Positions 27,399 through 39,500 of a stretch of 64,000 nucleotides of DNA are shown piece after piece. How positions within the stretch are numbered: the first letter of the stretch is position 1; each line of letters begins with the position of its first letter. Below the pieces are notes generated by a model. It did no database searches. It had not been told where the DNA came from and saw only the letters and a program-made list of their open reading frames with translations. This DNA comes from Candidatus Krumholzibacteriota bacterium (GTDB lineage Bacteria > Krumholzibacteriota > Krumholzibacteriia > LZORAL124-64-63). Both the position numbers and the translations under genes were made by a program. The stretch is from contig JAJRWA010000018.1 in the NCBI GenBank assembly GCA_024277025.1, positions 56-64,055 of the forward strand, written 5' to 3'.

Positions 27399-28964
27399 TC
27401 AGTCCAGTCCGTGCAGGCGAAAACGGCCCAGTTCGTGCCAGGGTGTGGCGGCCGGTGCCGCCGCGGTGCCGGTGCCGGGCGCGCCGGCGCGGCCCTGCTG
27501 CAGGCGGGTGTGCTCAGCCACCGCGGCCACGGCCAGCGCCAGATCGGCGTCCGCCCCGCGATCACTGCGCCAATCCGGCATTTCCTCGGCCAGGAAACCC
27601 GTGTGCAGATCGCCGCTCTGGAAGACCGGCTGCTGCAGTATCGCGATCAGATACTCGATGTTGGTCGTCACGCCGAGCACGGCGTAGGACTTGAGCGCCG
27701 CCACCGCCCGGTCGATGGCCGCCTGGCGGTCGTCCCCGTGCAGGCTCAGTTTGGCGATCATCGGATCGTAGTACATGGTCACCTCGTCACCCTGCCGCAC
27801 ACCGCTGTCCACCCGGACACCGGGCCCGGTCGGTTCGTTCAGCACCAGCAGCTCGCCCAATGACGGCAGGAACCCGTTGGCCGGATCCTCGGCGTAGACG
27901 CGGCACTCGATGGCGTGGCCGCGGGTCGTGATGTCGGCCTGCCGCCAGGGCAGGGGCCGACCTTCGGCCACGCGGATCTGGGCCCGCACGAGGTCTGTGC
28001 CGGTGACCCACTCGGTGACCGGATGTTCGACCTGCAGGCGCGTATTCATCTCCAGGAAGTAGAACCCGCCGTCCTGATCGAGCAGGAACTCCACCGTGCC
28101 GGCGCCTTCGTACTCCACGGCGGCGGCGGCGGCCACCGCCGCGGCGCCCATCTCGGCCCGCAGCGCGGGATTCAGCGCCGGCGAGGGTGACTCTTCGATG
28201 ATCTTCTGGTGGCGGCGCTGGATCGAGCACTCCCGCTCACAGAGGTGCACGTAGTGGCCGTGCCGGTCGCCGAAGATCTGGAACTCCACGTGGCGCGGCC
28301 GCTCGATGAATTTCTCGACATAGACGGTGCCATTGCCGAAGGCGCCCAGGGCCTCGCGCGCGGCGCCCTCGCAGGCCGCCACCACCTGATCCGGATCCGT
28401 GACCAGCCGCATGCCCTTGCCGCCGCCGCCAAAGGCCGCCTTGACCAACAGCGGGTAGCCGACACCGGCGCAGACCTCGCGCACGGCCGCGGCGGCGAAG
28501 TTGCCGTCCGCATCCGGATCCGGCAGCAGGGCACCGGGCACGACCGGCACGCCGGCCTCAGCCATGATCGCCCGCGCCGCGGTCTTTTCGCCCATCTGCT
28601 CGATAACTTCAGGCGACGGCCCGATGAAGATCAGCCCCGCCGCCTGGCACGCCCGCGCAAAGCCCGCGTTCTCGGCCAGAAAACCGTAGCCCGGATGCAC
28701 GGCGTCCGCGTCGGTGGCGCGCGCCACTTCCAGCAGGCGCTCAACCCGCAGGTAGGACTGGCCCGGCTCGGCCGGTCCGATGGTCACCGCCTGATCGGCC
28801 AGGCGCGTGTGCAGGGCGTCCTGGTCGACCTCCGAGCACACAGCGACGGTGCCGATACCCAGTTCGCGGCAGGCCCGGATCACCCGCACGGCGATCTCGC
28901 CGCGGTTGGCCACCAGCACCCGGCTGATGGGACGTTCAGTTTCCAGGGGGTTGGTCTTGGCCAT
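27399..28964 (-). CDS. liuD: Biotin carboxylase subunit of an acyl-CoA (probably methylcrotonyl-CoA) carboxylase
   Basis: LVANRGEIA, HPGYGFLAEN, GGGGKGMR, RECSIQRRHQK, FLEMNTRLQVEHPVTE, YYDPMIAK. Confidence 0.9.
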   Translation of the reverse strand: MAKTNPLETERPISRVLVANRGEIAVRVIRACRELGIGTVAVCSEVDQDALHTRLADQAVTIGPAEPGQSYLRVERLLEVARATDADAVHPGYGFLAENAGFARACQAAGLIFIGPSPEVIEQMGEKTAARAIMAEAGVPVVPGALLPDPDADGNFAAAAVREVCAGVGYPLLVKAAFGGGGKGMRLVTDPDQVVAACEGAAREALGAFGNGTVYVEKFIERPRHVEFQIFGDRHGHYVHLCERECSIQRRHQKIIEESPSPALNPALRAEMGAAAVAAAAAVEYEGAGTVEFLLDQDGGFYFLEMNTRLQVEHPVTEWVTGTDLVRAQIRVAEGRPLPWRQADITTRGHAIECRVYAEDPANGFLPSLGELLVLNEPTGPGVRVDSGVRQGDEVTMYYDPMIAKLSLHGDDRQAAIDRAVAALKSYAVLGVTTNIEYLIAILQQPVFQSGDLHTGFLAEEMPDWRSDRGADADLALAVAAVAEHTRLQQGRAGAPGTGTAAAPAATPWHELGRFRLHGLD

Positions 28965-29858
28965 CTAGGATTCCTCGCCAGGAGCCCCGTCCAGCGACGG
29001 CAGGGTCCAGATTGTGTCATCGAACCAGGGCACGGGCTGCTTGGCAAAGAACGCCTTCAGCGCGGCCTGGGCTTCGGGTTTGGTGCGGGCTTCAGCGATC
29101 ATGCGGGCCGTGAGCTCGGCGCTGCGGGCAAAGCCCAGGGACTCAGCGCCCTCCAACAGGCTCTTGCACAGGCCCAGAGCCTGGGCGCCGTTGTTCAACA
29201 GCTTGCCGACCACATCCTCCACTGTACCATCCAGGTCATCATTCTCAGCCAGGCGATCGACCAGCCCCAGCCGGCGCGCCTGACGCGGCCCAATCACCTC
29301 GGCGGTCAGAAAATACGTGCGCGCCGCCGCCTGCCCGATGCGATCGATCACCAGAGGCGAGATCACCCCGGGCACCAGGCCCAGCTTCACCTCTGAAAAA
29401 GCAAAGCGCGCGTTCAGGTCGGCCACCACGATATCGCAGGCCGCCACCAGTCCCACGCCGCCACCGTAGGCCGGCCCCTGCACCCGCGCCACCACCGGCA
29501 CCGGACAGTTGCGCACCGCCCGAAACATGGCCCCCATGTCCAGGGCCGCGGTCATGTTCTCCTGGTAGTCGGCCTCGCCCAGCTCTTTCATCTCGCCCAG
29601 ATGGGCCCCGGCGCAGAACACGTTGCCCACCGCGCGCAGCACGACCACATGGGGCCGGTAGCGCCCGGACGGACCGATGTCCCAGCCGGCGGGCCCCTTG
29701 ACCTTGTCCGCCTCCGGCGGCAGCACGTCGCGATAGCTCATCGTATCGAACAGATCACGCAGTTCGCCGATCGTCACCTTGTCGAACGCGTTCTTCACCT
29801 GGGGGTTGTCGATGGTGACAACCAGCACCTTGCCCGCGATGTCCTGCCTGATGGCCAC
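28965..29858 (-). CDS. liuC: Enoyl-CoA hydratase family (methylglutaconyl-CoA hydratase-like)
   Basis: FCAGAHL, GPAYGGGVGLVAACD, FSEVKLGLVP. Lies between carboxylase subunits. GTG start after AGGAGG. Confidence 0.85.
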   Translation of the reverse strand: MAIRQDIAGKVLVVTIDNPQVKNAFDKVTIGELRDLFDTMSYRDVLPPEADKVKGPAGWDIGPSGRYRPHVVVLRAVGNVFCAGAHLGEMKELGEADYQENMTAALDMGAMFRAVRNCPVPVVARVQGPAYGGGVGLVAACDIVVADLNARFAFSEVKLGLVPGVISPLVIDRIGQAAARTYFLTAEVIGPRQARRLGLVDRLAENDDLDGTVEDVVGKLLNNGAQALGLCKSLLEGAESLGFARSAELTARMIAEARTKPEAQAALKAFFAKQPVPWFDDTIWTLPSLDGAPGEES

Positions 29859-29868
29859 TGTGTGCCTC

Positions 29869-31476
29869 CTACATCCGGAACACGCCGTACTTGACCGGCG
29901 GAATGGGCGCATTCAGGGACATGGCCAAAGCGAGGCCCAGCACGTCACGGGTCTGGGTCGGATCGATCACGCCGTCGTCCCACAGGCGGGCGCTGCTGTA
30001 ATAGGCGTGCCCCTCGGTTTCGTACTTGGCCCGGATGGGCTCGACGATTTCCTGCTCCTGCTCCGCGGTCAGGGTCTCACCGCGGCGCTCGAGCTGATCC
30101 TTCTTCACGGTCAGCAGCACGTTGGCCGCCTGCTCGCCGCCCATGACCGAAATCTTGGCCTGGGGCCACATCAACAGCAGGCGCGGATCGAAGGCGCGGC
30201 CGCACATGCCGTAGTTGCCGGCCCCGTAGCTGCCGCCGATCACCACGGTAAACTTGGGCACGGTGCTGTTGCTGACGGCGTTGACCATCTTGGCCCCGTC
30301 CTTGGCGATGCCTCCGTGCTCGTACTGCTTGCCGATCATGAAACCGGTCACGTTCTGCAGGAAGATCAGCGGGATGCGGCGCGCGTTGCACAGCTCGATG
30401 AAGTGGGTCGCCTTCAGGGCTTCGGCGCTGAACAGGATGCCGTTGTTGGCGACGATCCCCACGGCATAGCCGTGGATGCGCGCGAAACCGCAGACCAGGG
30501 TCGTCCCGTAGCGCGGCTTGAACTCGTGCATCCGGCTGCCGTCGACGATGCGCGCGATGACCTCGCGCACCTCGAAGGGGATCTTCGGATCATGGCTGAC
30601 CACGCCGTACAGTTCCTCGGGATCAAAATGGGGTGCCTCGGCCACGTCGCACGGCGTGCGCGCGGTGTGCACCGGACCCAGATTCTCGATGATGTCCCGC
30701 ACGAGGCGCAGGGCGTGGGCGTCGTCATTGGCCAGATGGTCGGCCACGCCGCTGATCCGCGTGTGCACGTCGCCGCCGCCGAGTTCCTCGGCGGTGACCT
30801 CTTCGCCGGTGGCCGCCTTGACCAGCGGCGGGCCGCCCAGGAAGATCATGCCCTGTTCCTTGACGATCACCACTTCGTCGCTCATGGCCGGCACGTAGGC
30901 CCCGCCGGCGGTGCACAGCCCCATCACGCAGCTGATCTGCGGAATATCGAGGCTGCTCATGATGGCCTGATTGTAAAAGATGCGGCCGAAGTGTTCCCGG
31001 TCGGGAAAGACCTCGTCCTGCAGGGGCAGAAAGGCGCCGCCCGAATCCACCAGATACACGCACGGCAGCCGGTTCTCGCGCGCCACCTCCTGGGCCCTCA
31101 GGTGCTTCTTGACCGTCAGCGGGTAGTAGCTGCCGCCCTTGACCGTGGCGTCGTTGGCGATGACCATCACCTGCCGCCCGTGCACCTGCCCGATCCCGGT
31201 GACCACGCCGGCGGCGGCTGCCTGGCCGTCATACAGGCCATGGGCCGCCAGGGCGCTCAGTTCCAGGAACGGCGAGCCCGGGTCCAGCAGGGCCTCGATC
31301 CGGTCGCGCACCATCAGCTTGCCCTGGGACGTGTGCCGCTCGCGGGCCAGCTCGCTGCCGCCCCGGCTGACAGTGACCAGCAGCTCGCGCAATTCATTGG
31401 CGCGCTGACGGTTCAGCTTGTCGTTCTCCTGAAATACCGCATCCTGTGGGCTGATCCTGCTCTTGATCCTCTTCAT
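29869..31476 (-). CDS. liuB: Methylcrotonyl-CoA carboxylase carboxyltransferase subunit
   Basis: [63 protein letters not shown] end. Confidence 0.93.
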   Translation of the reverse strand: MKRIKSRISPQDAVFQENDKLNRQRANELRELLVTVSRGGSELARERHTSQGKLMVRDRIEALLDPGSPFLELSALAAHGLYDGQAAAAGVVTGIGQVHGRQVMVIANDATVKGGSYYPLTVKKHLRAQEVARENRLPCVYLVDSGGAFLPLQDEVFPDREHFGRIFYNQAIMSSLDIPQISCVMGLCTAGGAYVPAMSDEVVIVKEQGMIFLGGPPLVKAATGEEVTAEELGGGDVHTRISGVADHLANDDAHALRLVRDIIENLGPVHTARTPCDVAEAPHFDPEELYGVVSHDPKIPFEVREVIARIVDGSRMHEFKPRYGTTLVCGFARIHGYAVGIVANNGILFSAEALKATHFIELCNARRIPLIFLQNVTGFMIGKQYEHGGIAKDGAKMVNAVSNSTVPKFTVVIGGSYGAGNYGMCGRAFDPRLLLMWPQAKISVMGGEQAANVLLTVKKDQLERRGETLTAEQEQEIVEPIRAKYETEGHAYYSSARLWDDGVIDPTQTRDVLGLALAMSLNAPIPPVKYGVFRM

Positions 31477-31542
31477 CGGTCCCTCTTTTTCGGATCCCTG
31501 TCGACGGCAAACGCACCCGCAACTATAACCTGTCAGTGAAAT

Positions 31543-31578
31543 GGGGTCCACACCGGCGATGAGCCGGCTGGGGACCCC
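31543..31578 (-). terminator. Probable terminator hairpin after the OmpA-family gene
   Basis: GGGGTCC...CCGGC-GATGA-GCCGG...GGACCCC with a weak U-tract. Confidence 0.5.
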
Positions 31579-31601
31579 GCTGTCCGGCTTGCCTGCCGCG
31601 A

Positions 31602-32264
31602 TCAGCCGGCCTTGCGCTGGGCTTCCTGCTTCAGCTTGTCGTTGGCCATGATCGCCAGTTCGACCCGGCGGTTGGCCGCCCGGCCGTCGGGGGTCGTGTT
31701 GTCGGCCACGGGCTGTTCCTCACCGTAGCCCATGATCGTAAAGCGCGTCGGGATGACCTGGGCCGACTCCAGGAAGACAGCCACCGCGTTGGCCCGGTTG
31801 CGCGACAAGGTCATATTGTATTCCGCGCTGCCGGTGGCGTCGGTATGACCCTCAATCAGGATCTCGGTGTCGTCGTACTTGTTGAGGATCCCGGCCAGCC
31901 TGGTCAGATTCTCGCGCGCCGCGCTGCTCATCGTCGACTCGTTCACGTCAAAGAGGATCCCCGAGTCGAAGGTGATCTTGATCCCCTCGCCAATCCGCTC
32001 GACGGTGGCGCCCTCGAGGTCCCGCTGGATCTCCGCGGCCTGGTCATCCATGTAGTCGCCGATCAGGCCGCCGGCCAGGCCACCGACAGCGGCGCCGATA
32101 ATGGCCCCAACCGCGGTGTTGCCCGAGCTGCTGCCGATCGCGCCGCCGATGGCCGCACCACTGCCGGCACCGATCAAGACGCCTTTGTCCTGGTTGCTCA
32201 TACCGGCACAGCCGACAACGGTGATCAAGACGGCGAACAGGAGAATCCGGGCGATGGTTTTCAT
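31602..32264 (-). CDS. OmpA-family lipoprotein with glycine zipper (YiaD-like)
   Basis: Lipobox [13 protein letters not shown] repeats, [20 protein letters not shown]. Confidence 0.93.
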   Translation of the reverse strand: MKTIARILLFAVLITVVGCAGMSNQDKGVLIGAGSGAAIGGAIGSSSGNTAVGAIIGAAVGGLAGGLIGDYMDDQAAEIQRDLEGATVERIGEGIKITFDSGILFDVNESTMSSAARENLTRLAGILNKYDDTEILIEGHTDATGSAEYNMTLSRNRANAVAVFLESAQVIPTRFTIMGYGEEQPVADNTTPDGRAANRRVELAIMANDKLKQEAQRKAG

Positions 32265-32341
32265 GGTCTTCCTTTCGATGGGCTGCCTAACGGTCGAATG
32301 CCGCACGGCAAACTAAGGGATGGGCCTCCGGTGCGCCATGC

Positions 32342-32707
32342 CTACTGCGCATCGCGGTGCACCGTGTCCGGCGAAAAAGCGGGCAGGCACACCGCCACGT
32401 ACTCGGCGCCCCCCGGCTCGGGACAGCTGTAACGGATCCACTCGCCGGCATGGGTGACCACGGCCTGGCCGGCCCGCACGTCCAGCACGCCACTTTCGTG
32501 CTCCACCCGCAGCAGCCCCTTGAGCACGACGGTGATCTCCTCGAAATCAGGGCGCTGTCCGGGCTCGACCCAGCCTGAGGGCGCCATCATCCGCGCCACA
32601 CTGGCGGTTTCGTGGCCAGAGTTCACCCGGCCGGCGTACTCCTCGATGATCTTGGGCTTGTTGCCGGCGGCCTTGATGATGGACGGGGCGGCGATAAGTT
32701 GGGGCAT
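32342..32707 (-). CDS. Cupin domain protein
   Basis: GNKPKIIEEYAG, WVEPGQRPDFEEITVVLKG, VRAGQAV, PAFSPDTVHRD. Confidence 0.88.
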   Translation of the reverse strand: MPQLIAAPSIIKAAGNKPKIIEEYAGRVNSGHETASVARMMAPSGWVEPGQRPDFEEITVVLKGLLRVEHESGVLDVRAGQAVVTHAGEWIRYSCPEPGGAEYVAVCLPAFSPDTVHRDAQ

Positions 32708-32824
32708 GGTGGGCTCCTCAATGACAGGCAGTCGGTAAATATCGGATCTGACCTTTCGTCACTATATTGACCGAAGCCCGCCGGATGGGCAACTCACATT
32801 CCACCCCGCCCGAGAGGCCTGCCC

Positions 32825-33729
32825 ATGCAACTCCGCCGTTGCCGGACCCGGACAGTCATGATATTGGCCCTGACCATGCTGTCGGCTGCCGCACAAGCGA
32901 CACCGGAAGCGCTGGGCGGCTCACCCCGTTTTGTCCTCTTCTTCCGCGACCTGGGCCGCCCGTTCCCAGCCGACATCTGCCGTGAGATCGCCGAGCGCGG
33001 GGCGATCCCCGACATCTCGGTCGAGCTCGTGCACTGGGGTGGCCAAGACGCCGGACGCCTGGACGCGATCAATGCCGGCCAATACGACGACCTGTTTCGC
33101 AAGTATGCCGGTGATGCCCGCGACTCCGGCCGAGCCGTGCTCTACCGCTTCGGTTTCGAAATGAACGACGACTGGTTTGCCGGGGTGGACAGCCCACGGC
33201 CTTCATCAAGGCCTGGCAGCGAGTGCATGGGATCTTCCAGACCACCGGAGCCACCAATGTCCAGTGGGTCTGGGCGCCCAACGCCATCTCAGGCCCCGAC
33301 CATCCGGACAACGGCATCGAGAAGTACCGGCCGGGCGGCCGGTACGTCGACGTGATCGGGCTGGACGGCTACAACTTCGGCGACAACTACAGCCAATGGC
33401 ACCGCTGGGTCAGCTGCCAGGAGATATTCGCGCCGGCCCTGGACAAGATCCGCGGATCCGGCGTGCCCCAGCCGGTGCTGATTACGGAATTCGGCTGTAC
33501 CGATGACGGAGGCGCCAGGCAAAGAGCCACCTGGATCGAGTCCGCCCACGAATTTTTTGTCGGGCGGCCTGAGGTCGTCGGGGCCATCTGGTTCAACCAT
33601 GACAAGCGACAGGAAGGCGAAGCCAACTGGCGGATCGATGCAAACGCCGAGTCGCTGGCTGCCTGGCGCCGCACATTCGTCGGTTCCGGGGCCCGGCCTG
33701 GCCCCCAGGATTCCCCTACTGAACAATAG
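32825..33729 (+). pseudogene. Glycoside hydrolase family 26-like gene split by a 1-nt frameshift near 33181
   Basis: Frame 1 has GQYD...YRFGFEMNDDWF. Frame 2 continues GGQPTAFIKAWQRVH...WVWAPN...PG...VDVIGLDGYN...ITEFG. One added T gives A-W-G-G-Q-P. Confidence 0.82.
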
Positions 33730-33825
33730 ACTAGTATTTTCCTCGGCTTTTCCTCACTACTACCGCCAACCGGCCGATGCCACTCATCTCAGGTCGAATG
33801 CATACCCCACCCCAAGGAGCCAACC

Positions 33826-34164
33826 ATGAAGCCGATCTTCCACCGCCTGACAATTGTCTGCCTGCTGGCCTGCCTGTTGCTGCTCAGTGGCTGCGAAAAT
33901 CCATTTGCCAGCGATGACGACGACAATACCAACCCCGGCACGACCACCGTCACCTTCGTCTACGTTAACCAGACAGGTCAGCGCCTGCGGGTCTACCTCG
34001 ACGGCGTGCTGCTGAGCTTTGTGGAAATCGGTCAGACCCAGTCCTACGACAACAATCCGGCCGGTGCCCACACCCTGACGGCCGACAATTTCAGCTCCGG
34101 CAATTGGGGCCCGCTGCAGGTGACCCTGTCCGGCGGCGAAACTTACACCTGGACCCTGCGCTGA
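33826..34164 (+). CDS. Small hypothetical lipoprotein
   Basis: RBS AAGGAG, lipobox LSGC, small beta-rich domain. Confidence 0.8.
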   Translation: MKPIFHRLTIVCLLACLLLLSGCENPFASDDDDNTNPGTTTVTFVYVNQTGQRLRVYLDGVLLSFVEIGQTQSYDNNPAGAHTLTADNFSSGNWGPLQVTLSGGETYTWTLR

Positions 34165-34194
34165 TCTGGTTTGGGGCGGCGGCGGCAAGTGGGC

Positions 34195-36348
34195 TCAGCG
34201 CCCGGATCGTCGCCGCCCCTTGCCCCTGTTTTGCTTCGGGCCGGCCCGCCCACGCCTACTCCCCTTGTACTTATTGCGCTCGGAGTCTGTCGGATTCGCT
34301 CCAGATCCCGGCCGCCCCGCCGTCCCCGGCACCAGACACTCCGCCCCACTGCCGATCAATTCAGGCCGTCCCATCTTCACCAGCGCCGCCCTCAGCAACG
34401 GCCAGTTCCTCCGGTCATGCCACCTGAGAAACGCCTTGTGCAACTCCCGCTGCCTGGGCTGCCGCACCGCCCCCACCTCGTCGCCTGGCCGCGCCTGCCG
34501 CACCACTTTGCGCAGCGTATCGCGCCCCGAATGGTACATGGCCGTGGCGATGGCCATGGGCGTCGGCAGAAACGCCTGCACCTGGTCGGGCTTGAACTCG
34601 TTGCGCTTCAGCCACAGGGCCAGCTTCAGCATGTCCTCATCCGTGGTGCCCGGATGCGCGGCGATGAAGTACGGGATCAGGTACTGTTTCTTGCCCGCTT
34701 GCTGACTGAACTTGGTGAACATGTCGCGGAACTTGTAGAAGCTGCCCACACCCGGCTTCATCATCTTGTGCAGCGGCCCGTCCTCGGTGTGTTCGGGCGC
34801 GATCTTCAGGTAACCGCCCACATGGTGGGTCACCAGCTCCTTCACATACTCCGGCGACTCGACCGCCAGGTCGTACCGCAAACCCGAAGCGATCAGCACC
34901 TTCTTGATTCCCGGCAAGGCGCGCGCCTTGCGGTACAACCCGATCAGCGGCGCGTGGTCGGTGTTCAGGTTCCGGCAGATGCCCGGATACACACACGACG
35001 GCAATCGGCAGGCCGCTTCGATCTCGCGCGACTTGCAGGCCAGGCGCCATATGTTGGCCGTCGGCCCGCCCAGATCGCTGATCACCCCGGTAAAGCCGGG
35101 CGTCTTGTCGCGGATGTTCTCGATCTCGCGCAGGATGGACTGCTCACTGCGACTCTGAATGATGCGGCCCTCGTGCTCGGTGATCGAACAGAAAGTGCAG
35201 CCCCCGAAGCAGCCGCGCATGATGTTCACCGAGTTCTTGATCATGTCGTAGGCCGGCACCTTTTGCGCGCCGTATGAGGTGTGCGGCCGCCTCGTGTACG
35301 GCAGGTCGAACACGGCGTCGATCTCGGGCGTGGTCAGCGGCACCGGCGGCGGATTCAGCCACACGTCGCGGTCGCCGTGCCGCTGGGCCAGGGCCCGCGC
35401 ATTGCCGGGATTGGTCTCGGCGTGCATCACCCGCGAGGCGTGGCCGTACAGCACCGGATCATTCACCACATCCTCGAAGGCCGGCAGTCTGATGAAGGTG
35501 TGCCCGCGGTCGCCCCAACGCTGCTGAAGGTCCTGCAGCGGGGCCGGACGAGCGCCCCCCGGCGGGCAGGCCTCATCACCCATGGCATAGGGATCCGGAT
35601 GGTCGACCAGCGCGCCGGGCCGGTCCACGCTCGTCGAATCCAGTTCCACCCAACCGGGCGGCGGGGTGCGCCGCATGAAGGCCGTGCCCCGGATATCGGT
35701 CAGCGCCTTGATCTCCTCCCCCGCGCCCAGCCGCTGGGCGATCTCCACGATCTGCCGCTCGGCGTTGCCATAGACCAGCATGTCGGCCTTGCTGTCGACC
35801 AGCACGCTGCGCCGCACCTTGTCCGACCAGTAGTCGTATTGGGCGATGCGCCGCAGACTGGCCTCGATCCCGCCGACGATCACCGGCACACCCTTGAACG
35901 CCTCGCGGCAGCGCTGGGCGTAGACCAGCACCGCCCGGTCGGGCCGCTTGCCGCCCTGACCGCCGGCCGTGTAGGCATCGTCGCTGCGCACCTTGCGGTT
36001 GCTGGTGTAGCGGTTGACCAGGGAATCCATATTGCCGGCCGTCACGCCGCAGAAGAGGTTGGGCCGGCCCAGCTCTCGAAAAGGTTCGGCACTGTGCCAG
36101 TCCGGCTGGCTGATGATGCCCACCCGGAAGCCCTGGGCCTCGAGCACCCGCCCGATCACCGCCATACCGAAGCTGGGGTGGTCGATGTAGGCGTCGCCGG
36201 TGACCAGGATCACGTCGCAGGCTTCCCAGCCCAGCCGGTCCATCTCGGCACGGGTCATGGGCAGTTCGGAGGCAAGGCCGAACTGGGCGGCCCAGTACTT
36301 GGGGCGTGCGAAGAGGCCAGGGGCTGGCGATGGGGTCGATTGGGGCAT
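34195..36348 (-). CDS. ygiQ: YgiQ-family radical SAM protein
   Basis: [48 protein letters not shown]. Confidence 0.95.
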   Translation of the reverse strand: MPQSTPSPAPGLFARPKYWAAQFGLASELPMTRAEMDRLGWEACDVILVTGDAYIDHPSFGMAVIGRVLEAQGFRVGIISQPDWHSAEPFRELGRPNLFCGVTAGNMDSLVNRYTSNRKVRSDDAYTAGGQGGKRPDRAVLVYAQRCREAFKGVPVIVGGIEASLRRIAQYDYWSDKVRRSVLVDSKADMLVYGNAERQIVEIAQRLGAGEEIKALTDIRGTAFMRRTPPPGWVELDSTSVDRPGALVDHPDPYAMGDEACPPGGARPAPLQDLQQRWGDRGHTFIRLPAFEDVVNDPVLYGHASRVMHAETNPGNARALAQRHGDRDVWLNPPPVPLTTPEIDAVFDLPYTRRPHTSYGAQKVPAYDMIKNSVNIMRGCFGGCTFCSITEHEGRIIQSRSEQSILREIENIRDKTPGFTGVISDLGGPTANIWRLACKSREIEAACRLPSCVYPGICRNLNTDHAPLIGLYRKARALPGIKKVLIASGLRYDLAVESPEYVKELVTHHVGGYLKIAPEHTEDGPLHKMMKPGVGSFYKFRDMFTKFSQQAGKKQYLIPYFIAAHPGTTDEDMLKLALWLKRNEFKPDQVQAFLPTPMAIATAMYHSGRDTLRKVVRQARPGDEVGAVRQPRQRELHKAFLRWHDRRNWPLLRAALVKMGRPELIGSGAECLVPGTAGRPGSGANPTDSERNKYKGSRRGRAGPKQNRGKGRRRSGR

Positions 36349-36589
36349 TGAATAGCCTAAACGAATTGAGGTGAGAGTAACTGTGAGCCTACGTAAGCGC
36401 CTGCGCCGGACCGCGTCAAGTCCGCGCGCACCGATGACCAATTGCCTTCGGACGAGGCCGCCAGGTCCGGCAGTGCGAACGGCGCGGCCACTGGCAAGTT
36501 GGTCATCAACCACTGATCAACGACATGCGGCCCGGCCACTAAGCCCCCAAGGGGCACAATGACCGGGCCGCAGCCAACGAACACTCTTC

Positions 36590-39500
36590 CTACTTCATCA
36601 ACAGCATCTTCTCCCTGAGCGTCCCCGCCTCGGTGCGCAGGGTGGAGAAGTACACGCCCGAGGCCACACCGCGGCCGTTGCTGTCGGTGCCGGACCAGAC
36701 CACCGTATGCCGACCGGCGGCCATGACCTCGTTGGCCAGCGTCGCCACCAGCTTGCCGCTCGCATCATAAACCCGCAGTTCCACCGCACCGTCGGCCGGC
36801 AGGCTGAAGCGGATCTCGGTCATGGGGTTGAACGGGTTCGGCGCCACACTCAACTTCAGGTTCTGCGCGCTCGGCGAGCGATCGCCGAGGTCGAAGTCCT
36901 TGTCGTTGAGACTGGCCACCGGGGCTTCCACCGCGCCGGAGGCGGGACGGACACCGAGCAGTTCGCCGAGTCGGACAACCTCGGGCAGGGAACCGCCGGC
37001 GCTACGGGCCGCATCGAGCCACAGGTAGGCCGGCTGCTCGTCAGTGACCGAAAGGCGCAGACGGGCCAGCACCAACGGGCCATCCGCCCGACGCGCATCG
37101 GCAAAGCCGAACACGAGGTCATTGCCCGCACTCAGGTCAAGGCCATCGCCCACCAGTTCCCGCTGATGAATGACCACGTTCTTGCTGGTGCGGATGGACG
37201 CCGCCAGGGCTTCAACGCCCTCGGCCGCGACCGCACCGCGCAGCACGATGTAGGCGTCGACCGGCTGGCCGGGAGCGGCTGTCCGCGCCGACCGGCCCCG
37301 GGCCGAATCAAAGACCAGACCCAACTCTCCCGCCGTCGCCACCTGCGTACCGCTGTTCTTGATCCCGGGGCACGAGGCACCCAGGGCGGCCGCCATGATC
37401 GTCACGTCGGACAGATCCAGAGCGCCGTTCCAGCGGAAATCGCCGGCATAGTCATAGACGGCCGAGAAGAATGCCGAACTGAACATCGGCACGTCGATCA
37501 GGTTCACCGCCAGGTCGCCGTTCATGTCGCCGCTGTTGACCCAGTACTGCAGACCCGGCAGTCCACCGGGATAGGTGATCCCGCCCAACAACGGACTGTT
37601 GACGACAACGAGCATCAATTCGCCCGGCGCACTGGAGCCGCCGGCGAACAAAGCCCCGCTGATGGTTGTCAACCCGCTGGCGTCGGTCGGCGCGTCGGCT
37701 GTCAGGGCGGCGCTCGCGCACTGGGTCCAGCCGGCGCTCTGGGCCGCGACGGTGATCAGGCTGGCCGGGAAGCCCACGACGGGATTGCCCGCCCCATCGA
37801 CCAGGCGCACGCCAATCGTTGCGTCAACGGTGATCGGCGGGTTGCCGGGAATTCCGTCCCATAACTGGGCCGCAGCCAGGGGGTCACCGGACCCGTCCGG
37901 CTGGGCGTACAGGGACACCGGACCGTTGAGCGGCTGCAGCGGAAAGACCGAGGCAAAGATCTGGTTGCTGGTCGTGCAGGACATCCAGGCCGTGCCCCAG
38001 CGGCCATCCTCGCCCGAGATGATCGTGCCACGGGTCTCGGCGTACTCGTTGTAGATCCAGAATGTGGTGTCGTCGGCCGGATCGACCGAGATGCCGCTGT
38101 AATCGCCCCAGCGGTTGCGGGAACCGCCAAAGGTACGCGTGTAGTAGTCCAGACCAATCTGTACCGGTCCCGCCGGTTGCACCGTACCAGCCGGATCCCC
38201 GACTTCGCGTCCGGTATGATACGCCCCGCAGAACATCGTCTGGGCCGAGGCCGAGAAACCGAATTTCGCGGCGCCACTGCCGTTGACGGCCACCGACGGG
38301 AAGAAGGTCCAGGTGTTGGGCGCGATATCCTCGCCCCCGATGTTGCCCTGATCCGCCACTGTGATCGGTGCCGGCACGGCAGTCGTGTCGAAGCGGAACC
38401 AGTGGGCCGTCGTTGAGCCGACATTGACCGGATCGTTGGCCACGTTGGGATTGATGGTCGTCGTCACCCAAAGACTGCCGTCGCGCCAGACCGCGTCCAG
38501 CGCCCGGGAATCGTTGACCTCGATCAGTCTCGCGGTCGAGCTCTGGGGCGCGTCCGGCAGCGGCGGAAAACCAAACGCGCCACCCACGTCCTCCAGGTCG
38601 CCCACTGTGACGAATTCGCCGGTAAAGGTCGGTGAACCCAGCGGATCATCGACCCGGATGACCTCGACCGCTTCGGGCTGGCCGGCGCCGCCATAAGTCA
38701 GGCTGCTGTACCCGACCAGGAAGGTGCCGACGCTGGAGCCCACACCGCCGACACCGCCGGGGCCGTAGACCAGAGCTGGCGCCAGGGTCAGGCTGATGAA
38801 GCCGGCGGGAATCGGGTCATGGACCGTCCACGCCGCCGCACCGCCACCGTAGAAGCCGCCGGCGGCGCCCTTGTCGACGATCCACAGCCGCGTGCCGCCG
38901 CCACTGCCGCTGAAGGGGAACATGTTGGCCGTCACATAGACCGCCTCTTCATCGACCTCGAAGCCCGGATAGTCGGCCCAGTGGTCGACGCCGCCGATAT
39001 TGATCTTGGAATCGATCGCCATATACCACCAGTCAGCCGCCGTGGCGGTCGCCGGCGACGAGGTCTTGGAAACCGCGATCAGGATCCGGGACTCGTCACT
39101 CGGATCACCGTTGGCGGCGAACCAGCGCTCCAGGGCGACAATCAGGAAGCGGCCTTCGTAATGATCGTAGACGATCTTGGGATCGAAAGTATAGGTACCC
39201 AGGGACTGGGCCCCCAGCGGGGCGAAGAAATCCTTCAGCGAGTCCCGGTACAGCAAGGTACCGGTCTTCGTACGGCACTCCAGGCCCGTGTTGACGACGC
39301 CGATCAGGCGGTCCGGACCGGCGGCACCCATCGGGTCGGGCGGGATGAAGAGAAAACCATTATTTTCCGTGGCGTTGTCATCGAAGTTGTAGCCGAGGAA
39401 GCTGACCCCGGGAAAGAAAGTCTTGTCGCCACGACCGTCGGTCGGGCTGCCTTCGAGCCGGATCGACTCCGGCACCCGCGGCGCCAGATCGGCAGCCGCC

